64,000 nucleotides of DNA from Candidatus Latescibacterota bacterium (GCA_965204375.1 OZ241986.1:3264001-3328000); one strand, 5' to 3'; counted from the first letter of the stretch, positions 8,886 through 18,866 are shown. Translations and numbers: made by a program. The notes: generated by a model not told the origin, from the letters alone.

Positions 8886-10124
8886 TTATACGGATAACGC
8901 GCCCTGCTGCGTAGTGATCCACTGATAACGAACCGGTTTGTACAATTTCTCCAATTTCTGATCAGCGGTGGCCCGCTTGAGCCAGATATTGAGTTGGGTC
9001 TTGTGAACTTGCAATGCTTCAGCTAATTCATCAGGAGTCTTTGAGACATCTTTACACAGGATCTGAGCTTTTGAGAGAAATAGATCATAGAATCCAATAT
9101 CCTCGACTGAAGAGTATGTCTTAGCATCCTCCTTAACAACTTGGACGAACTGATCTGATTTCGTCAGCGTCATTTGTTGTGGGGATTTTTCTTTACGACC
9201 TGTCGTAAACAGTGCTTTGAGATCAACGTTCCCGATATTCTTCGGTACCCATGTTGCACCAGTCCTGACGATAGCTGCATTTCCGATTCTTTTTTCGTTA
9301 GTCCTTTTTACCCAAAGCGGTACCCATTGCTTCTTGAGATTTTCCATCGCGCCGCTCCAAGTACCGCCCCTTGTACCGGAGTGAACCACCAGAGCTGCAT
9401 CAGAAAGGCAATAAATGTACTTGTTACGCTGCATGGCATGGCCCACGTTGAACCCAGCTTCGGGATAAAAAGTCGAAATAAGTACAAGATTATTTGCCAT
9501 CAAGTGTTTGCGATACTTGACACCTGAGCAGGCTTTCATAAGGCTATCCGCAAGCACACCAATCACAGTGCCTTCTTCTTCAAGTGCTCCAAGCATAGAT
9601 GCCTCATCAACCCCTCTCGCACCTCCCGAAACAACCGAATAACCAGTGTCCGCAGCCAGGGCACCCAGATCACGACTATATGCCAAATCCTCTTCCGTTG
9701 CATTGCGAGAGCCTATGACTGCCAAGCCACCGCTATCGAGTAAGGCTCTGTTACCGCAACCAAACACGACGGCAGGTGAGTCAATCCCCAGACGTTGCTT
9801 GAATCGCATCGGGTAATCTGGATCCGATCTTGTCATAACCCATAGACCCGCACGGAACCATTTCTCCAAGGCCAGCGCAAGTGCTGAACCGCGATGCATC
9901 AGGCCCTCGATACGCTCCATGGTAATCGTCTTGTCTGACCACCCATTTAAGAGTTCATCAAGTCGCCCGGTCATCAGGTCCTCTGGGGTCAGTGACTGCT
10001 TCCTAAGCCACCATGTAAAACGCCCCCATTCTTTCATCGTCAACGGTTTAACCGCCTCATTTTTCGCTTTGGAAAAATGCGCCGTCAACAATAAAATCGC
10101 CTGTGTATTATGTGATACCGACAT
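8886..10124 (-). CDS. DprA/Smf-domain protein, RqlI-like
   Basis: LAVIGSR, VVSGGARGVD, AMQRNKYIY and GGTWSGA DprA Rossmann motifs with a C-terminal HTH-like segment. Starts immediately after the helicase stop. Confidence 0.9.
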   Translation of the reverse strand: MSVSHNTQAILLLTAHFSKAKNEAVKPLTMKEWGRFTWWLRKQSLTPEDLMTGRLDELLNGWSDKTITMERIEGLMHRGSALALALEKWFRAGLWVMTRSDPDYPMRFKQRLGIDSPAVVFGCGNRALLDSGGLAVIGSRNATEEDLAYSRDLGALAADTGYSVVSGGARGVDEASMLGALEEEGTVIGVLADSLMKACSGVKYRKHLMANNLVLISTFYPEAGFNVGHAMQRNKYIYCLSDAALVVHSGTRGGTWSGAMENLKKQWVPLWVKRTNEKRIGNAAIVRTGATWVPKNIGNVDLKALFTTGRKEKSPQQMTLTKSDQFVQVVKEDAKTYSSVEDIGFYDLFLSKAQILCKDVSKTPDELAEALQVHKTQLNIWLKRATADQKLEKLYKPVRYQWITTQQGALSV

Positions 10125-12221
10125 TTAATCCCCCGCACTCGTCGAGGCTAATGCCACCGGAAAGACCGGCCCACTTCCCGCCTGCCGCAACAAGGCAGCA
10201 AGTACGGTGACCGTCCATCCAGAATCTATTATATCATCCACCAGTAGCACAGGTGTTTCAGGAATATTTCCCGAAATTTCGAACACGCCATCCAGATTTT
10301 GGCATTGATGGAAACGGTTCTGCTGGTTCTTTTGCGGTTCGTTATTCTTTATTTTATGAATGGCGTCCACAAAAGGCAATTGCAATTGGATTGCGAGTCG
10401 CTGTGCAAAGTCCGGCACCAGCGTACGATGGCTGATAGAAGGAACACAGGTCACCCATTTCGGGGCGGGATCTGGTTGCCATCGTTGCTTGATCATCTCA
10501 GCCATAGCTTCCACCAACGCATCCCGAAAGCGACCTGCATGCTTATCAGTGGACACCAGTTGACCCCAACCAGCATCACCCCATCGCGATAATATCCGTC
10601 CTTCCAATGCCTGAAGTTCAGGCCGTAGATTGCCTCGAAAGCCATATATGGGAAACGCACCAGTAGCGACCTGTCTATTCGGTTTGAAGGGCATTTCCGC
10701 CTGCCTCAAAAACCGAGTTGCATCAATGATAAGGGAGTGTTCCGTATCTATATCCACAACTGGTCCACCCAGACAAACAGCACACCGACCACACGCATCG
10801 CTTTCTGGATCATCAAGGGCATTTCTCAAATAGGCCATGAGACAAACATCCGTGTCGATATAATCTTGAACCTCTTGCCACTCGATTTCTCTTTGCTGTG
10901 TCAAACGTTCAATTCGCGCGTGGTCCATACGGTATAGAACAGGTGTCCGACGCCACCTGCTACCCTGATTGATTACAGGAGATGGGTTCTCAACACTGAG
11001 AATTTTTAAGACTTTTTCAATTTGTCCATGCCTCAAATTGAGATACTGTTGAAGTTGAAATATAGATAATTCATCGTGGTCGGCCAGCACATCCAGGATT
11101 CTGTTCACGTCTTGCTCATCAGGGAACGCGCTACTGCGGAAGTACTCGTGGATATCTTCGTCCTCCCGGCCCGCCAGCAACACACCATAAGCATTGTCGA
11201 TTGCTCTTCCGGCTCGACCGACCTGTTGGTAATAGGCCACCACTGAACCGGGAGCCTGGTAATGAATGACAAAGCTAAGGTCAGGCTTGTCGTAACCCAT
11301 GCCTAATGCAGTAGTCGCTACCAGCACCTTTATCTTATTTCTCAACAGCAGGTCTTCGAGATGTTGTCGGTACTCGTTGCTGTCCTCGAAGTCTTCATGC
11401 TGGACATAGCTATAGTAGGCGTACGCCTCTATCCCCTGCTGCTTTAGCCAGTCTGCCACCTGTTCAGCGTCCCGAATCGTCAGCACATAGACGATCCCGG
11501 TACCCGGTAATTCTGGAATATGTTGTGCCAGCCAAGCCAGCCGAGACGCCTGATCGGGTAATCGAAGTGTTTGCAGCGCCAGACTATCCCGAACCAGTGT
11601 ACCGCGCTGAATCTCGATATCGCTGAGTTGTGTCTTTACGTCCTCAATCACCCGGTCATTGGCGGTGGCAGTTGTGCCCAGTACCGGCATATTCGGCGGC
11701 ATTTGTTGTAACACATTGATCAGTCGTTGATAATCCGGGCGAAAGTCGTGGCCCCAGTCAGAAATGCAATGTACTTCATCAACTACGAACAAACCAACGC
11801 GATCAGCTACCGGTATCAAAACTTCTTCGACAAATGTCTCGTTCGCGAGACGTTCAGGCGAAATCAGAATGGCATCAACCTGATCGGCTAACATGGCATG
11901 GCTGATCTCTGGCCAGTTATCCTGGTTTGTGGAATTGATCGTCTCTGCACGAATACCAAGTCGATTGGCCGCTTCAATTTGATTGCGCATCAGCGCAAGA
12001 AGTGGGGACACAATCACTGTTACTCCGCTCCCTTGATCACGTAATATGCGCGTGCCAATGAAGTAAACCGAGCTTTTGCCCCAGCCAGTGCGCTGTACCA
12101 CCATCAACTTGCGGCGGTAGTTGACCAGCGCGTCAATAGCTTCCCATTGACCCGTTCGAAAACGGGCGTTGGGATCACCGACAGCACGTCTCAATAAGAC
12201 TTCGGCTTGATATTTTTGCAT
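10125..12221 (-). CDS. RecQ-like helicase with C-terminal phosphoribosyltransferase domain, RqlH-like
   Basis: TGWGKS, DEVHCISDWGHDFRPDY, QQVGRAGR, CGRCAVC Zn site and PRPP-binding VLLVDDIIDSGWT. Start MQKYQ at 12221. Confidence 0.93.
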   Translation of the reverse strand: MQKYQAEVLLRRAVGDPNARFRTGQWEAIDALVNYRRKLMVVQRTGWGKSSVYFIGTRILRDQGSGVTVIVSPLLALMRNQIEAANRLGIRAETINSTNQDNWPEISHAMLADQVDAILISPERLANETFVEEVLIPVADRVGLFVVDEVHCISDWGHDFRPDYQRLINVLQQMPPNMPVLGTTATANDRVIEDVKTQLSDIEIQRGTLVRDSLALQTLRLPDQASRLAWLAQHIPELPGTGIVYVLTIRDAEQVADWLKQQGIEAYAYYSYVQHEDFEDSNEYRQHLEDLLLRNKIKVLVATTALGMGYDKPDLSFVIHYQAPGSVVAYYQQVGRAGRAIDNAYGVLLAGREDEDIHEYFRSSAFPDEQDVNRILDVLADHDELSIFQLQQYLNLRHGQIEKVLKILSVENPSPVINQGSRWRRTPVLYRMDHARIERLTQQREIEWQEVQDYIDTDVCLMAYLRNALDDPESDACGRCAVCLGGPVVDIDTEHSLIIDATRFLRQAEMPFKPNRQVATGAFPIYGFRGNLRPELQALEGRILSRWGDAGWGQLVSTDKHAGRFRDALVEAMAEMIKQRWQPDPAPKWVTCVPSISHRTLVPDFAQRLAIQLQLPFVDAIHKIKNNEPQKNQQNRFHQCQNLDGVFEISGNIPETPVLLVDDIIDSGWTVTVLAALLRQAGSGPVFPVALASTSAGD

Positions 12222-12237
12222 TCTAATCCTATCTCTT

Positions 12238-12264
12238 GGGACATGCACAGGAGTACATCCCTAC
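12238..12264. repeat. degenerate GTAG-type REP-like palindrome
   Basis: gggacatgcacaggagtacatccctac; shares the gcacaggag core with the 23423 element. Confidence 0.5.
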
Positions 12265-12282
12265 ACTCACACCTCTTGCCTC

Positions 12283-13248
12283 TTACTTTACAACCGGTGT
12301 GCGACTACGATAGCCGTTCACATGTGGTTGCTTTTGGCTCGTCTCTTGTTCCTGTGCCCAGGCTCGCAACGGAACATCATCCCAATTCTTTGTCAGCCAG
12401 TATTGCGACGAAGGGTGAAAATCCGGTTCTGGTCCCAGCGGGTCTTTTCCCGATGCCAGCGCGCCCAACAACTGACGCCTAATTGGCGAACTCCGTTCAA
12501 TGAGCGCGGCATCCTGCTCAATATAATCAGTTGGACGAAGCCACCGATAATTATACCCCACATGCATAATCTTCCGCGTTTTTCTCGACAAATTGGGCCC
12601 CACGCAGTGCCAAACAGCGGTTCGCCACAACACCGCAGAACCAGCCCGCAACTTAAGCTCGACCGCCTCTTCTGGATTGACCTCGCGTCCCATTTCCCGC
12701 AACTCTTCGGGCTTGCGCTTGTGACTACCCGGCACCAACCACAGATTGCCACAATTGGATTCGGTCATATCGTAAAGCACATAAAAAACCTTAATCTCCA
12801 TAAACGGGAGACGTCCATCCAGCGAAGGACCCAGAAACAGCATATCGCTCGCCAAATCGGGATGCCATGCCACATTGCGGTACCCAACCTCCTGATCTTC
12901 GCCCTTGCCAATGCCAACATCGCCTGCTTTCAAACCCTCGGGATACGGTGGTCGATAGTCCAGATGCGTGGTTCGGATCTGAATATTCCAGCCAATCGCA
13001 TCCACCACCAGAGGCAACATGCGCGGATGATCAACCAAATCGAGAAAAGCCTCGTGCTGCGACAGGACATTGCGCACGGCAAAAGGATCATCAGGTCCCA
13101 GACCCTCGGCCTCTCGAACCCGCTCTGCCACCTCATCAATAGCCAGCAAAAGCCGATTCACTTCGTCCTGAGTAAAGAAATCCTCAAGAATAACAAATCC
13201 CTTCTCATCAAAATCTCTCTCTTGCTGCTCTGTCATCGCAAGAGCCAT
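12283..13248 (-). CDS. phytanoyl-CoA dioxygenase (PhyH) family 2OG-Fe(II) oxygenase
   Basis: FDEKGFVIL, WHPD, GNLWLVPGSH and distal WH. Confidence 0.9.
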   Translation of the reverse strand: MALAMTEQQERDFDEKGFVILEDFFTQDEVNRLLLAIDEVAERVREAEGLGPDDPFAVRNVLSQHEAFLDLVDHPRMLPLVVDAIGWNIQIRTTHLDYRPPYPEGLKAGDVGIGKGEDQEVGYRNVAWHPDLASDMLFLGPSLDGRLPFMEIKVFYVLYDMTESNCGNLWLVPGSHKRKPEELREMGREVNPEEAVELKLRAGSAVLWRTAVWHCVGPNLSRKTRKIMHVGYNYRWLRPTDYIEQDAALIERSSPIRRQLLGALASGKDPLGPEPDFHPSSQYWLTKNWDDVPLRAWAQEQETSQKQPHVNGYRSRTPVVK

Positions 13249-13424
13249 AAATACCTCCTTTAGCCTGCAAGTATCAGCTATGCCAATTATTGAAGCTCTG
13301 GATCTGCATTCGCACTTCGTTCTATCAAATACTCACTTGAGGGTGATTTTATCAAAACTGCGCTATCCCGCCATTGCAAATATAAATCAGGTGGGATATT
13401 TTGATGAATACCTTCAATCGATTC

Positions 13425-13620
13425 TATAGGTGGTCTGATGGGAATTATATACTAAACGGCCGGTGAGGCCATTAGTATATTTCCTGCTTCGTCGTGTTTA
13501 GCCACTATATTAGCTGGTCTTACATTCACTCCACAGGCGTTCACTTGTCTTACAGATGAAGACAAGTCAATTTCGGTCACTCCAACCGTATTGTGCTGAA
13601 CATTTATTGCTGCGTTCACG
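13425..13620 (-). ncRNA. putative omega-RNA (reRNA) overlapping the tnpB 3' end; limits approximate
   Basis: Established TnpB architecture plus a strong hairpin at 13441-13484 (ggaaatatactaa-tggcc-tcacc-ggccgt-ttagtatataattcc on the minus strand). Confidence 0.45.
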
Positions 13621-14744
13621 TCTCGGTCATGGTATGCACCACACTCCGGGCACTCCCAATTACGGATATGCAATGGAAGACCACCAAGGACATGCCCACA
13701 TACATGACACGTTTTACTACTCGGATAGTATGCATTGAGTTTCTTTACTCTTCGTCCATACCACTTGCCTTTGTATTCCAACATGCGTACAAACTCCGAC
13801 CAGGACACATCACCGATCAGTCGGGCAAGTCGTCGGTTTTTCATCATATTTCTTACACGTAATGTCTCTACACCGATAGCTTGGCTCTCACGTATCAGGC
13901 GTGTTGATAACTTGTGTAAAAAATATCTCCGACTATCCGTAATCTTTGCATATATGCGAGCAACATTACGTCTTGCTTTTTCCCTATTTTTCGATCCCTT
14001 TTTTCGCCGGGACAACGTACGTTGCGCTCTACGTAGCTGCTTAAAGTGTTTATCAAAAAAGCGCGGATTATCTACCTTCTCACCACTGCTCAATATCGTA
14101 TGGTAGGTTAATCCCAAGTCTATACCTATTTTGGTATCAATGGGATCCAGTTGCTTAATAGGCTCTATGACGCCGATACTCACAAAATACCTTCCCAAGC
14201 GGTCTTTCGTTACTGTCATATTACGTAATTCACAGGCTTCTGATAGTTTCTTATGAAATCGTACCTTTATATCCCCATCTATCTTTTGTAACTTTACACC
14301 GCGTTCTGTCACCTTACACCGTGTCCGGTCATAACGGATACTCTGCTTATTACTCTTACTCTTAAAACGAGGCTTTCTGCTCTGCTTATTAAAAAACCGC
14401 TCATAACTATCCTTCAAAATACGTAACGACTCTTGTAACGCCCCCGCAGATACCTCATTCAACCATCCCTTATCCGGCTCTTTTTTTATCGCTGTCAATT
14501 CTTTTATCAATTCTTCATGACTCACACTACGTCCCAACTCTTTATATGATTTTTCTTTCCGCTCCAAACCGTGATTATACACATACCGGACGCACCCAAA
14601 TGTCTTACTTAACATCTGTACCTGATACTTATTCGGATACAAACGATACTTATAGCCGCGCTGCACTCTCACTACACTCATCTTCTATGACCTCAAAAAT
14701 TAACAACAAAAATACACACTAAACCCCAGCCCTTTTGTATATAA
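13445..14744 (-). mobile_element. 1300-bp tnpB-only element bounded by imperfect inverted repeats
   Basis: 13445-13465 ttatatactaaacggccggtg matches the reverse complement of 14724-14744 (ttatatacaaaagggctgggg) at 17/21. No transposase inside. Confidence 0.7.
13452..14681 (-). CDS. tnpB: RNA-guided endonuclease TnpB
   Basis: N-terminal YKYRLYP...FGCVRYVYN, RuvC-I GIDLG, RuvC-II VETL, CHVC/CPEC zinc finger and RuvC-III DRDVNAA. D-E-D triad intact. Confidence 0.97.
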   Translation of the reverse strand: MSVVRVQRGYKYRLYPNKYQVQMLSKTFGCVRYVYNHGLERKEKSYKELGRSVSHEELIKELTAIKKEPDKGWLNEVSAGALQESLRILKDSYERFFNKQSRKPRFKSKSNKQSIRYDRTRCKVTERGVKLQKIDGDIKVRFHKKLSEACELRNMTVTKDRLGRYFVSIGVIEPIKQLDPIDTKIGIDLGLTYHTILSSGEKVDNPRFFDKHFKQLRRAQRTLSRRKKGSKNREKARRNVARIYAKITDSRRYFLHKLSTRLIRESQAIGVETLRVRNMMKNRRLARLIGDVSWSEFVRMLEYKGKWYGRRVKKLNAYYPSSKTCHVCGHVLGGLPLHIRNWECPECGAYHDRDVNAAINVQHNTVGVTEIDLSSSVRQVNACGVNVRPANIVAKHDEAGNILMASPAV

Positions 14745-16005
14745 GTCTCTTTGTTTTGTACAATCTCTGAAGCATATTATCCGTTTTTGTGAGAGCTGGA
14801 CTCATAGCAGTTGCTTTTGTTAAAGTATGTGCAAATAATCTACCCGGTGAAGTGCGCTTCGTTTCTCCAAAACCATAATTAACCAGTAAATGCACTGCAA
14901 AAATCTCTGCTAATAAAGGGGGAATCGCATTTCCTATCTGCTTGATCCTCTCTGAAGTATTTCCTTGAAATCTGAACCAATCGGGAAATGTTTGTATTCG
15001 AGCGCATTCACGCAAAGTTAATGGGCGATTGTCTTCTGGATGTATAAATTCTCTTATAGCAGCACCTGTGATAGTTAAACTCGGTTCGTCAAAAATCAAT
15101 CGCTTAATTCCCGATGGCGCACCTCCTCGTCTTTCCGTGGGTGTTCCATCCATAACACGTCGATTGGCTCTTCTTCTAAATGATTCATGATGAAGCGATT
15201 CTGGCAGATCCTTCATCGATTGCCCCGGTTTTAAATTTTTAATTCTCTCAAGTTGGACACCCTCAATTTTGGGTGTAAAGTGATCATATAATTTTTTATT
15301 TCCATCACGCAGTTGTTCTTCCCACTCATTTTTGGGCTTGTTGCTGTAACAGATAGGACTGCTCTTATCCAGTGTCGGATTGGGAAGCTCTCCAATCGTA
15401 TGTCTAAGTGTAACATCGGCATTCTTAAAAATGCGACCATACACAGGCACAATTGGTTCTGGCAAATTAAATTCCATACCCCGGCTATTTCCAATAACGA
15501 AAGTTCTCTTTCGTCTTTGTGGTATCCCGTATTCCTGTGCATAAATTTTATCAATTCTTATCGAATATCCCAATTTGATAAAGGCTCTTGCTGCTTCATA
15601 GACATATATACCACCTTTAGCCGTAAGCAGACCCTCAACATTTTCCATAATAAACCATTTGGGACGTAAGATGGCTAAGGCGTTGACGTAATGCTTCAAT
15701 AATCCATTTCTTGGATCGTCCCAAAACCGCATACCCGCTGTGCTAAAGCCCTGACATGGAGGTCCACCAATAAGAATATCCAACTCACCCGTTTTTAACT
15801 TCAAATTTTTAAGAAGTTTTTCAAAATCACAAGATATAATGTCCCCCATTTCACATTGGGTATCAGGAAAGTTATGTCTGTAAGTTTCCACAGCATTTTC
15901 GTTTATATCTATTGCGTAGAGAATATTATAACCAGCGCGTTTGAATCCCAAAGAGCAACCGCCTGCGCCTGCAAAGAGACTAATAGCTAAAGGCTTGGCA
16001 TCCAT
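14719..16005 (-). CDS. DNA (cytosine-5) methyltransferase, orphan
   Basis: SLFAGAGG, GPPCQGFS, ENV, QRRKR, RECARIQTFP and QIGNAIPP. The last 8-9 codons fall inside the tnpB element end. Confidence 0.95.
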   Translation of the reverse strand: MDAKPLAISLFAGAGGCSLGFKRAGYNILYAIDINENAVETYRHNFPDTQCEMGDIISCDFEKLLKNLKLKTGELDILIGGPPCQGFSTAGMRFWDDPRNGLLKHYVNALAILRPKWFIMENVEGLLTAKGGIYVYEAARAFIKLGYSIRIDKIYAQEYGIPQRRKRTFVIGNSRGMEFNLPEPIVPVYGRIFKNADVTLRHTIGELPNPTLDKSSPICYSNKPKNEWEEQLRDGNKKLYDHFTPKIEGVQLERIKNLKPGQSMKDLPESLHHESFRRRANRRVMDGTPTERRGGAPSGIKRLIFDEPSLTITGAAIREFIHPEDNRPLTLRECARIQTFPDWFRFQGNTSERIKQIGNAIPPLLAEIFAVHLLVNYGFGETKRTSPGRLFAHTLTKATAMSPALTKTDNMLQRLYKTKRLIYKRAGV

Positions 16006-16230
16006 ATTCTATTTCTCTGACTTAAAATTGAGAATAATACAGAAGAATATTTCAAATCGAATATACTCATCACCTGCGAATAATTCAAGACACAACTGAT
16101 TCAAAAATCTCTCAAACCCAAATAACCCTAAACCACTTTATTTTTTAACATTGAGAATTATATTGTCACACCGGCGAACACCTCGTATTTCTCAACCCAT
16201 CGCGTCGGATGTCCTTCAAGGGAGAATGCT

Positions 16231-17190
16231 ATGCCAGATACAATTGTGGGTCGCGTTTCCGATATCATTGGTGGAACGCCGATGGTTCGGTTAGAAAACT
16301 TGTCGCCTGCGGGGGGCGCTACCATTCTGGCCAAAATGGAATATCTCAATCCGGGTGGCAGCGTAAAAGACCGCATTGCGCTGAGTATGATCCGAGATGC
16401 AGAAAAAGTCGGAACACTCAACCCCGGCATGACCATTGTAGAGGCGACCAGTGGAAATACCGGAATCGGCTTGGCAATGTTGTGTGCCAAACTCAAATAT
16501 CGGCTGGTATTGACAATGCCTGAAACAATGAGTTTTGAACGACGGGCACTGGTAACCAGGTACGGAGCCGAAGTGGTCATCACACCCGGCGCAGGCGATA
16601 TGGATGGCGCAAAACAGCGGGCGCAGGAGATCGTAAAAAAGAATGCAAATTGTATCGAATTAAAGCAGTTCGACAATCCGGCCAATCCGGAGGCACATCG
16701 ACAGACCACGGGACCAGAAATTGTGAAAGCAACAGGGGGAAAGGTAACGGCTTTTGTGTCGGGAGTAGGGACAGGGGGGACAATTACGGGAGTGGGCGAG
16801 GTCCTCAAAGCAGAAGTGCCAGATGCAAAAGTGATAGCTGTTGAGCCTGCGGGGTCGGCTGTATTGAGTGATAAAAGCCGGGGACCTCACGCGATCGAGG
16901 GAATTGGCGCGGGATTTATTCCATCGATTTTAAATTGCAATATACTGGATGAAGTAATCACAATAGAGGATCGCGAGGCATTTGACATGACGGAAACTCT
17001 GGCGCGAGAAGAGGCACTATTGGTCGGAATATCTTCGGGGGCAAATGTATTGGCAGCCCGGCGCGTGGCGCAGAGACTTTCGAGCGATGACGTAGTCGTC
17101 ACAGTACTGTGTGATACGGGAACCCGATATTTCAGTATTGAAGAATATTTTCGGCGCGACGAAGTGCAAAATGTAAATGCGCTTCTATAG
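16231..17190 (+). CDS. cysK: cysteine synthase A
   Basis: NPGGSVKDR PLP lysine, ATSGNTG, GVGTGGT and HAIEGIG. Confidence 0.95.
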   Translation: MPDTIVGRVSDIIGGTPMVRLENLSPAGGATILAKMEYLNPGGSVKDRIALSMIRDAEKVGTLNPGMTIVEATSGNTGIGLAMLCAKLKYRLVLTMPETMSFERRALVTRYGAEVVITPGAGDMDGAKQRAQEIVKKNANCIELKQFDNPANPEAHRQTTGPEIVKATGGKVTAFVSGVGTGGTITGVGEVLKAEVPDAKVIAVEPAGSAVLSDKSRGPHAIEGIGAGFIPSILNCNILDEVITIEDREAFDMTETLAREEALLVGISSGANVLAARRVAQRLSSDDVVVTVLCDTGTRYFSIEEYFRRDEVQNVNALL

Positions 17191-17202
17191 GAAAATAAAG
17201 GT

Positions 17203-18342
17203 ATGAATCTGAGCGGGAAAGAGCGATCATTTGAAGCGCAATTTCGCAAAAAACTCTCTATCTGGCCCAAAGAAAGTCCCTGGCCAGGCATTGGGATATG
17301 TGTAATCTTGTCGTGGGCAGCAATATATTTAAACACATTGCCTTTTCCGCCGTTTACACTGTCTTCGGGCCAGCATCCTTTGAGCGCAGTATTACTGGCA
17401 TTGTTGTTGGGCATGCTGTTGTGCAATGTGATGCCGTCAACAGCAAAATTAAAGCCCGGCATAGATACAGTGGTGCAAAAGTGGCTACCCGTTGGAATTG
17501 TGCTCCTGGGTGCGCGGTTGGATTTTTACGACTTGATTCGCGTCGCAGTGCAGGTCCTGATTGGGGCGGCCGTGTTGATTGCAATAATTGTTGTATTGAC
17601 CCATCTCATGTCGCGCTGGTTTAACATCGAAAAAAAAATGGGACTGTTGATTGGTGTGGGCACAGGGGTTTGCGGAAGTTCTGCCATTGTAGCCCTTGCG
17701 CCCGCAATCAGAGCCAACAACGAAGAAATAACGTATTCGGTCGGGGTAATTAATCTGCTGGGCGTAGTTGCGATGCTGCTATTTCCTGTGGTTGGATCTC
17801 TGGCGATGATAGATGCAGAAGTATATGGCATCTGGTGTGGATTGGGCATTCACGCAACACCACAGGTCATTGCCGCGGGATTCGCGCATGCAGGAGATGG
17901 ACAGACAGCGGGGGAAATGGCGACCATTGTCAAACTGGTACGCATTTCACTTTTGGGACCTGTCGTATTTGTGCTGGGAGCATGGTTTGCTTATACGCAA
18001 CGACAGACGATTTATATCGATGAACCAGTGCGTTATTCCAGGCTGGTACCGGGGTTTGTCGTGTTGTTTCTGGCAATGGCGCTACTGCGAACCCTGGGCT
18101 TTTTGCCGGAAGTAACACTACATTTATCTGAACAATTTGTGTTTGGTGCAGGCGATCGGCATATTGATCTATCTGGATTATTGAGCCAGAGCGGCAAGTG
18201 GATTATTACGTGCGCGATGGCCGGAGTTGGATTATCTACGGCATTTGCTACAATGAAAGCAGGCGGTATAAAACCGGTGATATTGGGCGTCTTATCAGCT
18301 ATCACTCTGGCATTGCTGGGTCTGGGTGTTGCACAATTATAA
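17203..18342 (+). CDS. YeiH-family putative sulfate exporter
   Basis: Polytopic membrane protein with GIVLLG, GTGVCGSSAI, QVIAAG, KLVR and AMAGVGL; adjacent to cysK. Confidence 0.88.
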   Translation: MNLSGKERSFEAQFRKKLSIWPKESPWPGIGICVILSWAAIYLNTLPFPPFTLSSGQHPLSAVLLALLLGMLLCNVMPSTAKLKPGIDTVVQKWLPVGIVLLGARLDFYDLIRVAVQVLIGAAVLIAIIVVLTHLMSRWFNIEKKMGLLIGVGTGVCGSSAIVALAPAIRANNEEITYSVGVINLLGVVAMLLFPVVGSLAMIDAEVYGIWCGLGIHATPQVIAAGFAHAGDGQTAGEMATIVKLVRISLLGPVVFVLGAWFAYTQRQTIYIDEPVRYSRLVPGFVVLFLAMALLRTLGFLPEVTLHLSEQFVFGAGDRHIDLSGLLSQSGKWIITCAMAGVGLSTAFATMKAGGIKPVILGVLSAITLALLGLGVAQL

Positions 18343-18346
18343 AAAC

Positions 18347-18379
18347 AAGCCCCGAATGCATCAAAACATCCGGGGCTTT
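18347..18379. terminator. terminator between convergent genes
   Basis: aagccccg...cggggcttt stem. Confidence 0.6.
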
Positions 18380-18397
18380 GATCCAACAATCGGCAGA

Positions 18398-18754
18398 TTA
18401 ATTCTCAGGTACCTGGCAGCAACTGGGCAACTTTGCATACGCCTCGGCATCGGCCTTTTTGTCATTAGCCGCATAACCCGTCTTAGTAACGGCCTGCTCC
18501 AGAGCGGGAACATTGGTCACCTTGTCATCAAACGTCACCTTCGCTGTTTTCTCCTCCAAATTAACTTCCACGCTCTGAACACCATCAACCTCTTTCAGTG
18601 CTTCCTCTATGGTATTCGAGCACATAGCGCACTGCATCGTTGACAACTTCACCTCGACAGTTGTCGCCTCCGACTCTGACGAACAGCCAACCCATCCCGC
18701 CAGGCCTATCGCTGTCGCGCCAATGACCAGTAATGCAAAAATACGAGACTTCAT
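18398..18754 (-). CDS. exported heavy-metal-associated (HMA, MerP/CopZ-like) protein
   Basis: Signal/lipobox WVGC, MQCAMC metal motif and C-terminal LPSCC. Confidence 0.88.
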   Translation of the reverse strand: MKSRIFALLVIGATAIGLAGWVGCSSESEATTVEVKLSTMQCAMCSNTIEEALKEVDGVQSVEVNLEEKTAKVTFDDKVTNVPALEQAVTKTGYAANDKKADAEAYAKLPSCCQVPEN

Positions 18755-18799
18755 AACACACCTCCTGATAAGTGAATGATTCGGGTTTTACCTCTCGGT

Positions 18800-18824
18800 G
18801 GGCGGGTTAAAAACCCGCCCCTAC
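18800..18824. repeat. GTAG-type REP-like palindrome
   Basis: gggcgggtt-aaa-aacccgccc-ctac. Confidence 0.75.
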
Positions 18825-18835
18825 ATTTCGCCTTT

Positions 18836-18866
18836 CATCTGCCTCTATCTGCGTCCATCTGCGGAT
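18836..18866. repeat. 10-bp-period ATCTG repeat
   Basis: catctgcctc tatctgcgtc catctgcgga; matches 1036-1066 and supplies the last codons of cusA. Confidence 0.8.

Noticed and set aside
16150-16230. Possible SAM or other riboswitch upstream of cysK
   Set aside because: No SAM-I/II or T-box consensus recognisable by eye; an Rfam scan would be needed.
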